Shown: positions 51,107 to 64,000 of the stretch, piece after piece
Layout of the letters: each line of letters starts with the position of its first letter
Position numbering within the stretch: the stretch's first letter is position 1
From: Anthoceros angustus
Taxonomy: Eukaryota; Plantae; Anthocerotophyta
Direction: 5' to 3'
Length of the DNA stretch: 64,000 nucleotides
Assembly: GCA_010909165.1 (NCBI GenBank)
Contig: MU008194.1
Location: 434,001 to 498,000, forward strand
Program-made: the position numbers and the translations under genes
The notes under the pieces: model-generated
Seen by the model: only the letters and a program-made list of their open reading frames with translations
Told to the model about the DNA's origin: nothing
Databases searched by the model: none

Positions 51107-54100
51107 TGGGAAAGAAGTGCATCGGGGGCGTGCATAGCCGGATCCTACAATGTCGAGATCCATTTTTGCAACCATGTTCCACAACGGATTCCATCCCGCG
51201 AACATGGAGCTCGCAGGTCGATAGTTCTTCTCTTAAATAACTCATCAGTGTGAGAGCACAAGATTACTGGAAGGTTGTGCAATTAAATTGCAATTATCTG
51301 TGAAAGCCGTCACTTCCATCCCAGTCCCCCAGAATCATCGTGTATCCCTTCGGGACGATATACATAGGTATACTGAGCGACATCCTCCCCTGCGAGGGGC
51401 TTGGCTCCCGCTGCTGTTGCCTTTGCTGGAAGTCCGACTCTTTGCCTGCTTGGGAGGTTTCTAGAAGGTTGCGAGATATAACCCATATAAAAGCCCAAAA
51501 CTGTTTCGTCTCCGTAGCTGTATTAGACCTGCGGCTTACCACAGGATGTGCGGTAAACACGTGTTCAGCGCGCAGCCATCTTCAATTCTTCTTTTTAAGG
51601 AAAAGAATCTTGTGCGGGACATAAATGCGGCACGCTCCACTTTTCAGGGTGCGCACTCCAGGGCTTCGTAAAATACCATCAAATTGGGCATTTTGTCTAC
51701 CAAAATGCGGAGTGCGTGGTACAAGGATGACCATTGCCATCTTCTTGATACGTTTGTAATAGCAGGTGCTTCAGAAAAACAGCTCTCTGCTGCGTCCAAT
51801 GGGTGGGAGGTCTGCAGGGATGCGTGGCCGCCAGGCTCCGGCATCTCGCGAGCTTTGCAGAAATCTCCGTGGGTAGAAGGAAGGCGCCTGGGGTCGATCC
51901 TCGAAACATCGCATGAATGGAACATTGCATCATGATATTCCCTCGGGACCGCTATCTTGCTCCGGATGACACCCAGCTGTTGGGTGCCACCTCCTTCTTT
52001 TTTTAGACCTGCTTCACAAACAGCTCGACGGTGGCCATGAGGTCCAGACTCCAGAGGGGCTGACATGATTCCGTGCCATTGCAGGCTTCCACTTGTGTCA
52101 GCGTCCGTCTCCAGAAGGGAGCTTGGAGGAGCCGGGTCCACCTCAATTCATGACGGGGAGTTAATAGGTGCTATAAAGATCAGTATCTTCGGAATACTAG
52201 TCAGCACCTCATACAGCGCGTGCAGACTCCTCCACTGTAGCCCCACAGGCCTCGTCGTAACAACAAATGTCTCGAAACTGTTTCTTCAGCCTCAGATGAG
52301 GACTCACAATTGGGAGAGCATGAAAATGGATCTCGCTGGGAATGTCTTGTTCTTTGAAATCCACCAAGCCTTGGCTTCCTCCGCTGCTCAAGCTGATAGA
52401 TCCCCCTGGTGACAAACGTTATCTGGGTCTCATAAGCTCTGTTGCACTTCCCGAACCCGAGCTGGAAGTTCCCTTGGTTGTTGATGTTGACCCCGACTCT
52501 CCCAACAGCATACCGTAGGCTTGCATCTCAAGTATCCTGTTTTCACTGTCGATAACATCAGCCTTGCTGTAAAATTCCTCAGCCTTCAGCTTGGATCCCT
52601 TGATCCTTTGCAGCATTTCCACGACTTCACTCATCGATGGTCTTGAAGCCCTCGACGACACCAGGCACGCCACCGCAACCTGCCACCACAAACTGTTAGT
52701 CTCCATTCTGCTCTGAACTGATCTGAGGGCTCCTCACAGCTGTAATCAATGACTGACTCACCTGTGCAACTGCCTCAACTGCTTGGAGCTCCTGTCGTGA
52801 GAGAGTGGACGACATATGCGAGTCAATGATTTCACGGACCCTCCCACTCTTGATCAAGGGGATTGAGGACACAGCAAGGTTCTGCTCCGCAGCTGCTTTG
52901 GAAAGATCAATCGGCTTCTTGGACGTGATCAACTCCAGGAGCACAACCCCAAAGCTGTACACATCTGTTTTGTCGGTGAGCTGGAAGTTGTGGAAATATT
53001 CCGGATCCAGATAGCCAGGAGTTCCCTTCACAACTGTGAACACATGTGTGGCCTCCAAATCCACCAGCTTAGAAAGCCCGAAGTCCGCAACTTTGCCGTT
53101 GAAGTTATCGTCTAATAGGATATTGGCAGACTTCACATCACGATGGAAGATTGGTGGTGTTGCCTGAACATGCAAGTACTTGAGTGCCTCAGCCGTTTGA
53201 AGAGCAATCCTGAACCTTGTGCTCCAATCAAGCCTGGTGTTGAAGCCCTTGTGTGCTATGGATAGGTGATCCTGCAAAGTGCCATTGGGTATGAACTCAT
53301 ATACCAGAAGCGGACTGTCCAACTCGATGCAGCACCCCAAAAGCTTGACAAGATTCCTGTTGTTCACTTGCGAGAGAATGGCCACCTCGTTTACAAACGA
53401 CTCCACGTCACTGCCATGCTTTGCCATTTTAATGGCCACGGTTCTGCCATCATCCAGAGTCCCTTTATACACAGTGCCAAACCCTCCACTCCCAACCTGG
53501 TTGTCTGCAGAGAACTTTTCTGTTGCACGCTCCAGCTCAGCGTAGGAGAACATGGTGCATGCTGCGAGTCGAGCCGCATTCCCCGTCAAAATGCCACCGA
53601 TGGCAGCCGAGGCTTGACCAGACCTCCCGAACCCACCACTGGTCACAACATTTCGTTCTTGATACCTCCCCCTGGGTTTAGACCCATACTGCCGCCGATA
53701 GTACCGAAACCCTGTAAGAGCTAGCACAACAATCGAGATGATGACGGCAGGCACCGCCACCGCTGCAGCCACCACAAGTTACAAATTGCTGAACTTCAGT
53801 TGCCAGCGCTCACAGTACTCCACACCAGAAGAAACCTTGACAGCAAGCAACATCGGTGTACCTGCCACCGGGAACTTCTTCTCCTCCTCTTGCTTCCCCC
53901 CACCGGTGTTCAAGCCGGCTCCCCCTGCAAAGCCCAATTTAAAATCCGCCTTCAGCGAGGGTGTACATAACCAAGCAACTGCGGATCGGAAGACCGTTCC
54001 AAGCCATGGTCAACAATGCTCCAGGAAACCTACCCACTTGCACACTCAGCTTCATGTTGCCAGCAGCACAGTTATCCGCAATTCCATCAATGAAATAGTA

Positions 54101-55475
54101 CACCCCATTATCTGGTCCAAGAGGCACGCCATTGCCCGGGATGTTGTTCACAACCAGCGGTCTGGAGGGCACCGTGCAGCTGTTGAAATCATCTTGGTTT
54201 ACCCCCACCACGTTGTGTTGGTCCTTAATAAAGCTGAAGACTTCATGGAATGCAATAAAAAACAGTTCACCAACGCGTCAGACAAACAAGCACAAGGCTC
54301 ACAGCACCAGCACCAGCACCGCCACCGCCACCAGCACCAGGAGCAACAGACAACTTGCGCTTGTTGGGCAACAACAAATCCAACCATACATACCAAGCAC
54401 AGATCCGGCCTGAAAAGGGAATCCCTTGAACGCATTCGTGTAGAAGTTGGCATCCGTCTGAGGCTCCCAGTTGATGTCGATCTTGAAGGCCTGGTTGGGC
54501 GTCCCGTCTTGCGTGGGACCGGAATCCGGAGCGGGAGCGGGAGCGAGAACGGGAGGGAGAGCGGGACCAGAACCAAGACCGGTGAACCGGGTTTGGGGAG
54601 GAGAAGCCCCACCAGACTCGGGAGAGGGAGCGCTCTGCCCCGGAGGAGGCGGAGCCGGAGCCGGAGCCGGAGTACTGGAATCCCCAGGCTGGACGGTGAT
54701 GGAAAACGCCATCCCCTGCTGGCAGTCTGAACTAATGTCGGTAGTGGTGATCCCGGTGCTGGTGAAGACGTACGTGCCCGCTTGCACCAAATACAGCAAG
54801 GTGGCGCCTCCGGTGAAAAAGGCACCCGGGTCTGCGACCGAGCAGCTGGCCAGGTCATCCAGTGACCAAAGCTGCGTCACGTCATGGCTGTTGGTATCGT
54901 ACACGAATACTGCGGCCATGGCAACAGCTGCTCAAATACGGACAATGAAACGATGCAACAATCACGGGCTGCAACCAGAAACCTGAACACATCTCATACA
55001 CAGAGAGTCGTTGGCGTAGAGCGTCAATCCGTTGGCCCACGTCTGGTAGAAATCCGGGTTTTGGGAAGGAAACCAATTATTAGACGAGGAGCCTGGAATA
55101 CCCCCGACATCGTACTGCAGCTGGGCTTCACCCACGGGAGCGGCAGCCAGCATGAGACCCAGCAGCGACAGTGCGAGTGCGGTCCAGGCGATCCTTGAGG
55201 ATTCCATCTCTCTGGCGAAGCCGCGCCTCCCCGAGCTGAAACGTATCACCGATCGGCACCCTCGAGGCTGCAATTCTGGGCGATGGGCGTCTGAATGCGG
55301 TCTCGCAGACTCGGTCGGCCAGGGAGACCCGCATCTCGCTTTTCACCACGAGCACGGCAAATGCACGTGGGGACATAATGTTTGTTTAGGCTGTCAGTCA
55401 GGGATCCTATACCGAAACTTCGACGGGCATGGGGCTTGGTCGCTAAACCAATCCGGCTCTGCCGACCCATACAGA
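51107..55475. repeat. Segmental duplication, copy 2 (paralogous to 32961-37310)
   Basis: Continuous similarity to copy 1. Confidence 0.92.
52419..55207 (-). CDS. Double-phytocyanin WAK-like receptor kinase (gene D, recent paralog of gene C)
   Basis: MESSRIAWTALALSLLGLMLAAAPVGEA. Same exon structure as gene C. Intact kinase with HRDVKSAN, DFG and GTPGYLDPEY. Confidence 0.9.
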
Positions 55476-55479
55476 GGAT

Positions 55480-56460
55480 GCTCTTTCAAATAATTTATTA
55501 CAACATATCAAAATATGTTATATGAAGAGTAACGGCACTGGTGAAATAAAGTAGAAAGGTGAAAAGTTGAAAAAAATAAAAAGCTAAGTTAGTAGCTGCC
55601 CTGTTAAGAAATGCATGTGTTGCATGCTTCATGCAATCTCTTGTTAGAGAAGAATTGCTATAGCCACAAATGAAGAGCTGCCTAGAGAGGACTCTTAGTG
55701 ATTAGTGGTCTGTAAGAATCCCTAGATTTAACAGCTGCCTAGTTAAGGTCAGGCTGCGGGATATATAAGGGCTAGAGCAAGGGCTTTGAGGAAGAAGTTA
55801 CAAGTGGGACTCACTCTTTGGGAGAGTAGGCAAGTGTGCGCTGCAAGCCTTGTGTTGAGAGAGCTGTGGAGAGCTAGCTAGTGAGCTTGTCATGGAATCA
55901 AGGCGGTGCGTTGGGCATAGATAGCCAGATTCCATCGTTGTATTCTTGTAATAAAGAGCAGCACCTCGAGGAGGTGGCCTGCGAGTCGTCAATGGACGGT
56001 GGGCTACTTGGAGCCTAGTCCGTGTCGTGAGGTTGAGAGCGTTGAGAATCGTGCAAGTCTCTTGTGGAGTGAATTGGCAAGTCTCTTGTGGAGTGAATTG
56101 GCGAGATCCTAGACCGCTGGGAAGCCAGCACTTGACGCTTCCTTACTGGTTGCGCAGTGAATTGGCGAGATCCTAGAGTGCTGGGAAGCCAGCACTTGAC
56201 GCTTCTTTACTGGTTGCGCAGTGAAGGGTCTTACTTGAAGAGTGTTTTAAGAATAGGTTATAATTTTTAAAGTAATAAATTTATATATTTTCTTAAAATA
56301 ATATATTTAAAAAATCAAAGTGACTACACTTATCTTGAGGATTCAAAGTAAGTGACGAATAGGATTCAAAGTTAAGTGAAGAATAGGATTCAAGGTCAAG
56401 TGACGAATAGTATTCAAGGCTGATGACTATATAAAGCCAAGCCCATCTAAACTGAACCCC
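55480..56460. mobile_element. LTR-like/AT-rich repeat insertion between gene D's upstream region and pseudogene E
   Basis: It breaks the paralogous alignment at ~55478. It contains TGTT starts, a TATA-like atatataagg, and internal direct repeats at 56072-56224. Confidence 0.45.
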
Positions 56461-56489
56461 TCACGGGATGCCAAAACCTTCATCTCCAT

Positions 56490-58510
56490 TATCCTTATCC
56501 TGTGCTCACTGTCAAAAACATCAGCCTTGGTGTAAAACTCCTTCAGCCTTCAGCTTGGAGCCCATGATCCTTTGCAGCCATTTACACGATTTCACTCATC
56601 CACGGCCTTGAGGCTGTTGACGACATCACGCATGCCACCGCAACCTGCCTCCACAAACGGTTAGTCTCGATTCTGCTCTGCACTGATTTGGAGGGCTCCT
56701 CACAGCTGTAATCAATGACTGACTCACCTGTGCGACTGCCTCAACTGCTTGGAGCTCCTCTCGTGAGACCGTGGACGACATATACGAGTCAGTGATTTCA
56801 CGGAGCCTCCCACATATACGAGTCAATGATTTCAAGGACCCTCCCACTCCAGATCAGAGGGGTTGTGCACACAGCAAGGTTCTGCTCCCCAGCCGGATTG
56901 GAAAGGTCAATCGGCTTTCGTGATCAACTCCAGTAGCACAATCCCAAAGCTGTACACATCTGTTTTGTCGGTGAGCTGGAAGTTGTGGAAATATCCCGGA
57001 TCCAGATTGATAGGCAGGAGCTCCCTTCACAACTGTGGACAGATGTATGTGTGGCCTCTAAACCCACCAGCTTAGAAAGCCCCAAGTCCGCAACTTTGCC
57101 GTTGAAGTTATCGTTTAATAGGATATTGGCAGACTTCACATCACGATGAAAGATTGGCGGTGTTGCCTGAACATGCAAGTACGTGAGTGCCTCAGCCGTT
57201 TGAAGAGATTGCAATCCTGAACATTGTGCTCCGAGCAAGCCTGGTGTTGAAGCCCTTATGTGGTATGGATAGGTGATCCTGCAAAGTGCCATTGGGTATG
57301 AACTCCAGGAGCGGAATGTCCAACTCGATGCAGCACCCCAAAAGCTTGACAAGATTCCTGTTGTTCACTTGCGACAGGATGGCCATGCTTTGCCATTTTA
57401 ATGGCCACGGTTCTGCCATCATCCAGAGTCCCTTTATACACAGGGCCAAACCCTTCACTCCCAACCAGGTTGTCTGCAGAGAACCTTTCTGTTACTCGCT
57501 CCAGCTCAGCGTAGGAGAACATGGTGCATGCTGCAAGTCGAGCGGCATTCCCCTTCAAAATGCTACTGATGGCAGCCGAGGCTTGACGAGCCCTCCCGAA
57601 TCTACCACTAGTCACAATATACCGTTCTTGATACCTCCCCTCTGGGTTCAGATCCATACTGCCGCCGATAATACAGAAACCCTACAAGAGCTATCACGAC
57701 GATGGAGATGATGACGGCTGGCACCGCCACCGCTGCAGCCACCAGAACAAATTGCTCAATCTCAGTTGCCGGTACTCAGGGGGGAAAATGTTCCAAGCTG
57801 CGGCTGGCAAAGACATGAGGAGTTTCGTGTAGTAGTATCTGAATGACATTTCCATTCACTCCATCTAATGCTCTGGCCATCCGGGATCGGCGTCCCTTGT
57901 TGCGGAGAACCGCCGGTATCAGCGTGCGGAGAGGGAGCAGCAGCAGGCGGAAGATCACCGGATGAACTGGGGCCAGGAGCGGGATGGAGCGGAGGAGGTG
58001 GAGCTGGAGGACTGGAGTCCCCAGGCTTGACGATGACGTGAAACTGCATTCCCTGCAGGCAGTCTGAACTGCTGTCGTCACTGGGGAGCCCAGTGCTGGT
58101 GAAGTAGCAGATGCCGTTGCCCAGTAAAGTGAGGATCAACCTGTCTTGAAATCAGGGGGAATAGAAAGTCCTGTTCGCGATCAAGCAGTGCCCAAAGTCG
58201 TTGGATGTCCAAAGCTGCGTCACGACATGGGTTTCGGAATCGAACAGGAATATGGCGAGGCAACAGGAAGGGAGGTGCCCATGATCAGATACCATGAAAC
58301 GTTTCAACGAGCATGGGGCCTGCTCATGGTTGTATGAGGCACCTGGACGCTTTTTCAGCGGATGATCGGCGTCCAGGACTCCAGTCCAGCAACAGAGGGC
58401 ACCGCACGGATAGTATGTCTGTATGGTCTGCCACCATGGTGTCACTCGGTCGTCGATTGCCAGTGTGCTGTGCTTGAGGAGAGAAGAAAGGCCATGGCAT
58501 GGCAATGGTA
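56490..58510 (-). pseudogene. Phytocyanin-RLK pseudogene (gene E): one ectodomain, linker, frameshifted kinase
   Basis: LLDWSP.., IFLFDSETHVVTQLWTSNDFGHC, CYFTSTG..SDCLQGMQFHVIVKPGDSSPPAPPPP, AAAVAVP, HRDVKSANILLND..DLG. Deletions and frameshifts relative to C and D. Confidence 0.85.
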
Positions 58511-59870
58511 TGCGTTCGCGAGGCTGTACAATGTGTACAATATGTAGATGGATGGTTTCTACAAGGTTCAGAGATAAACATATAACCCATATTACATCCC
58601 AGAGGTGTGTCGCCTCTGTAGCAGTATTAGACCTCCGGCCTTGACCACCGATGAACAAGAGCCGTGTGTTCAGCGCAAAGCGAACTATTCTTTCGCCTTT
58701 TACTAAAGAATACCGTGCGCGGGACACAAACTAGCGGCATACTTTACTTTTTGGGCCGAGCTCTCCGGAGCTCCACAAAGCAAAACAAAATCGGATCTGG
58801 TCTACATCGTCGCCAGTAAGAAGGGTGTCTGCCGGATGCGCACCGCAAGCCGGTTTCCCGATAGGGTAGGTTAGATATCTGGCGAATATACTGAGAGTGG
58901 CAGCAGTAATCTTTGCGGGCCCTGCTCCGGTAGATGCTGGCGTTTTCTCAACCCTCGCGATCCTTGACGACTCCATCGCTGAAGTTCGCAGGCCTCCTCC
59001 TCCTGAGACGTGTCAGAGTTTTGCGCTCTCGAGGCTGCTCTCGGGGCTCGCCACGTAGTGCGCAAGCCGCCTCGGTGAGCCAATCAACTCGCCAGACTTT
59101 CAGCAGGATGAGGTCAGGGAACAAAATCTCTAGGCGGGTCGCGGATTGGGTGTAGTATCGTCTGGCGTACCACACGAGACCATACCCAATCAGATTTTAC
59201 AACCAATCACACCAAGTCACCCACAGACTTTCATTTTTTGCTTGTTTCCTCCTTATCCGAGTTCACTTCACTTGGCCTTGGCAAGCACGATGACATGTCC
59301 AGGACTCTCACAAGCTTTCCAATGCCTCCCTGTCCAAGTTCACTTCACTTGGCTTTCCCTAAGGTTTTCCACAATGGAGCTAGTAAAAACATTGTTAGGA
59401 GATGAAGAGTTCTCAATTCGAATAAAGCGCTTGGGAAAGACGATCTGCCCATAGCTGCTCATACCAACAAGGATACAACGTTCGAGCCTAGAACAAAAAA
59501 TAATATATGTGAAATGTTGGAAAGCTATGAAATTCGGAGTCGGGACCTCCGGTAGGATTTCTTCCTTTCCCTCTGAGATACCCTTTCTCCTTCTTACACA
59601 GTGTCAGGCCAAACTGACTGCCCCACCGACTGGGTGACAACTTGCCCGTCAGGCATCATAGAGGCCCCGTCTCTCTTGTCACACCAATTGATCTGATTTT
59701 CATACCATGATATCAGATCATAAAACCCTCTCAAACAGGAGTGTAGACCATTCCTGTGGTTTCGGTTGCACAAACGAGACACAATCGCTTGGTTGGATCG
59801 ATCTGCAATGGTATCTTTCGAGTCTTTCACATGTGGTGCAAGGAGAAAAGATTTTTGTACAGGGCTGAGC

Positions 59871-61602
59871 TCAGAACTCTAGAAGAATGACATTCTTAAT
59901 GTCTGGGAACTTGTCCTTGATGGCAGCTTGGATGCCCATACCAATGGGTGCAGGGCCCCGGTACTTGACTCTGCAGTCTCCACTTCCTGTACATACGGAG
60001 ACCACTTCAACTGCCCCACCGTAGTTGAGGATGGCTGGCTTTAGGATATCAAGATGAGAGTTTACAGCCTGCAAGAATGGAGGAGCAGAAGTCAAAAACA
60101 CGTTGTGTGGTGAAACCCGGAATCCTGGAATACGCTAGGGTCTTGAGCAGCAACCGTTTCACATACCGCAATAGTTGCTCCCAGTTCTTGCCGATCAACT
60201 TGAACAACCTCCTTGATTGCATCCCCGAACTTCTCCAGCAGCACTCTTTCGATCCCCATCTTCATTGTGGAGGTAGAGCTGGGGCAGGTCCCGCATGCCC
60301 CTGCACCATTTTAGCTTACAGAGGTCAATGGAGAAACTGCCCCAACCTATGCCACTGCAGCAAACTAGGAGCAACCACAACCCTTCACAACTCTCTAAGG
60401 ATTCAGCTTCAGGCCTGCACAAGTTGCCGACCTTTTATTCAAAGCCACGCATCCCAACAAGACCCAAGCCAGTGCTACCAACCTTGAAGCCGCAGTGACA
60501 CAATGCCATTGCTCACATCCACCACCTCCACATTACCCCCATCCGCTATCAGATACGGCCTGACATCATTCAGCACCAAGTCCACGTTCTCCTTCGTGAA
60601 TTCGTATGTCTGAGCTGAGTACAGGCCACCAGCGACAGCAGAGTTTAAGAATGGACTGACAACCGCTGCGGGCTTTGCCTCCTCCTGTGCTGCATCCTCC
60701 TTGGCATTCTCGGACACAGCCCCTTCATAACTCTCCTTCGTCTGCCCATCAATCACACTGCTCCAGTCATCACCTTCGGTAGCTTGAAGCAGCTTCAGCC
60801 GACGGGTCCTGGAGTCCTCGTCCTCACCTTGCACATCATCGTACAAGTTTTCCCCCATAGCCTTCCTCATCTTTAACTTCTTCTCCTCATACTCTTTCCT
60901 CTCCTGCTCACTCATCAGCCCCAGAGGCACACCCGCACCCGTTCCGTCCCACAGATCTGCATCCACAGAGTTCCCAGCCGGTACACTGTCCAGCACATCC
61001 AGCCACCGCTGCTTCTCCTCCTCTAACCTAGCCCTAGTCACCAGCGAAGCCTGGGTATAGAGCTTCACCTTCACAGAAGCACATTTCACATCCCCAACCC
61101 TACTCCGGTGCCCCTTCAGCGACAGGATGACATTCCTCGAGTACCCAACATACTGCACCAGCCCATCTCCATCGTGCACAGCATACACTCCCGCAAATTT
61201 AAACGCCTCCCTGGCACCCACATACGCCTCAAATCTAACCACGGAGGTCCCATCATCCTCTTCCCCTCTCCCTGTGAACTCCTTTCCCTGCGAGCTGTGG
61301 ACATCCGCCCCGCCCTCCCCATACAGGAACCCGTGCAGCCCCTTGTGCCCCTCAGGAACAGTATCATCTGTCACAATGCCCGACAATGAGCTCAGTTTCT
61401 CCACATCCACCGACGCCCCCGGACTCCCTGTAGCCCTCGGTTCCCCCCGAGCCCAAATACTTCCCCCATGCCTGCGGAGAGCAAACACGCCTTCAGAGAA
61501 AGTCGAGTGACCAAGCCTTGAGCTGCGAGCCGAGGTGGTGGGGAGCAGGCTTGTGGTGCAGCGGCAGGATGCCTGTAGAGCCCGGTGAGTCAAACTCTCC
61601 AT
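59871..61602 (-). CDS. NFU1: Plastid NFU-type Fe-S cluster carrier with an N-terminal GIY-YIG-like domain; exons 61602-60483, 60300-60167, 60068-59871
   Basis: Ser/Arg-rich transit peptide. GVYAVHD..VQYVGYSRNV. NifU-C VRPYLIADGGNVEVV..LRLQGACGTCPSS..MKMGIE. Degenerate second NifU-C LKPAILNYGGAVEV. Confidence 0.88.
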
Positions 61603-62100
61603 CGCGGGCACTTCTGGAACACAAGCCTTCAGGCTGCCATGTTGACCAGCATCAACAAACGACGTTTCCTCGACAGAACCGTCCTATGTGGAGAACTAAA
61701 TCCGCCCCGAGAGGCAAAGCTACAGAGTATCCGGAAGTCGGGAGACTCGAAGTATCTGCCTGGAAATTGGGCCAGCCAGTCACAGCCCATCTTCCCCGAT
61801 TTATCCAGTCGATGCGTCTCGCACAGGCAAAAGAAGGTCGCATCGATGTACAACTAATTCATTGAGATGGAATTTGTTTCAGTATGTTCAATCAGTATGA
61901 TTACATATGGAGCATAGATCAAGTGCTGTCCTGTTCCCCTAAAGATCTGTGCCTAGGAATGTAAAAGGGAACTGTAGGGCTTGTTGGGCTCAATTGTTGT
62001 ACATACACGGTAGCCCGGCGCCCGCATCAAATTTGTCGCCGGCATAAGATGGCATATGCTTGCCTTGATACTTTACAAAAAAGAGCTGATCCAGTAGTTG

Positions 62101-63798
62101 CTATGGAGATGGATCAGCAGGCAACGTAGGACTCTGGGAACAGATGCCCAAGCTGTGCAGCTGTAGTAGTTTCGAGGGGGCATCGCATAGACCTGTTGAG
62201 ACGAGAAGCAATCACAAGGATGTGAATGACTCGATCAGTACGAAGACGGTAAGGATGACGAGGTGACCAAGAGACGAGATCAGATGTACTAGAACCTGCG
62301 CACATGGGGATGTCCCAGACGGCGACAGATGTGGCACGACACTCGGGGTCACACAGTGCTCGGTTATCTTCATACTCAACATTCTTGGCCAGCATCCATA
62401 CACCCATGGTGACATCGTCGCTCTTGAATATCCTGAGACTGGGGACCCATGGTAACGCAGTCAGTCATGTCCGCTGCCTGAAAGAAAGAAAGCTTAGCTT
62501 GCTGCAAGAGTGGCAAGGTGAAGCTCTGTGAATACCTGTCGTTTCTAGCTGATGCCAAGGAAGCTGCAACTGCAGCAGAGAGGGCATAGATAGGACCATA
62601 GGCATGATAGAAGTATTCGGAGCCTAGCATGTACGCGAGGGGCTCATACCTGCATACGCACAAAGCAGGGTTACGCTGGCAATGATAGTGCGGCACGACA
62701 ACAACGAGTGCGCTCTCGACATGGAAGTACCATGTAGCACCTGGCTCCCTCACAACAGGTCCATTTTTCATGCAGCCCAGATAGGTCCGAGGCGAGGTTC
62801 TGTCCTTGGCCAGAAGTGTGGACAACCTGTCTGCACCAGCAATGAACCTGAGTTGCACATCACACATAGGGCAGCCCTTCCCAGACTTTGCGACATGTCA
62901 CAGACGCTGTTGAGAGCATGCCAGGGCAATTCACCGGTACGGACGTAGATGTTGTCATCCGCCTTGACGTAAAAATCAGCATCGAAGAGCTTGTACGCAG
63001 CCTTGAGGAAAGCCAACCTGCAACACCAATATCAAGTCAGCCTCCCTGCAACATCCAACCCAACAACTATCCTACTCCGGATCCACATCACCCATCGCCA
63101 TACTCACTCACGTTTTATACGACTGCATATCGCTCGATTCCTCAACATCAACAACCATGAAGTCATTGAAAGTCTCCACCTCCGCCTGCAACGCGGCCGC
63201 CTTCTCAGCATCCTTCGTCGACCCAATCACGAACCTGATCACCAGCCCAGTAGCCTCCTCCAACCTGGAACCGCCCACCACCCATCACCTCCCTGCATAC
63301 TAAAACGCTCACACCCCACATCCCCACCCGCGCATTCTCGCTCCAGGGAGAGAAGGGATACCTGGCAATACCTTCAGGCGTCCCGGGCACCCAGGTCTCT
63401 CTCAGAGCCTTCCTCCTAGCCAGAGCCTCGAACCCAGTATGAATCCCCACCACCCCCAGCACCTTCCGCCTGACACTACTCACCCCACCCTCCGCCTCCA
63501 GCATCTCCGCAATCACCATAGCATCCACCTCGTCGGTCAGAGCAGCAGCACTCACACTCCTCCCCCCAGCACCCACGCCCCTCGCCCCACCCACCGCGCC
63601 CGACCCCACCTGGCTCCCGCAATCCAGCTCCAGCGGCCCCCAGACTAGCAGCAGAAAGGAGAAGACGGAGAACCCCAGTACCGCCGCAGTGGGCACCCGC
63701 GCCCCGATCCCCCATGGCGGGTGTAGGAGCCCCCTCGCTACCCACCTGCTGCCCTCCAATCCTGCCTGCTTCCGAAACACCAAGACAGCCGGTGGCAT
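62101..63798 (-). CDS. GT31 family beta-1,3-galactosyltransferase; multi-exon
   Basis: [82 protein letters not shown], last exon GLCDAP..*. Confidence 0.92.
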
Positions 63799-64000
63799 CA
63801 CACCGTCCGCTTGCCCAATCCCTCAGTGCTTGCTCTCTTCACACGCAGAGCGTCTGCCATCCACAGCCCAATCCTCCCGCACTCCACATCTCCACACCAG
63901 GCCCTCTGCTTCTGCGAAGCACATCAGAAAGCAACCCGCATCCTCCTTCTCCTTCTCCTTCTCCTTGTCCTTCCCGAAGCGTCGGGCCTGCTTCAAATAA

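Overview
Eukaryotic nuclear DNA from a gene-dense, short-intron land plant that keeps flagella. An NME7 ciliary gene, a GIY-YIG-NFU gene, PLS-PPR relics and CRE-type retroelements point to a seed-free plant, plausibly a hornwort or other bryophyte (inference). Housekeeping genes: a BIG5-like ARF-GEF, DIM1, UCH37-type hydrolase, NME7, SRP9, plastid NFU and a GT31 galactosyltransferase. The main signal is a cluster of receptor-like kinases whose ectodomains are phytocyanin (ENODL-like cupredoxin) domains that have lost the copper ligands. There are four apparently intact genes and one pseudogene. Gene A has one domain and a pseudokinase, gene B has one domain and an RD kinase, and C and D have two tandem domains joined by a Pro-rich linker and a WAK-like RD kinase. 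A ~12-kb nest of transposons (Copia, a TIR element with a 4-bp TSD, CRE-clade LINE fragments) separates C and D, and parts of it look like assembly artefacts. All exon boundaries were derived by eye and no database searches were run.
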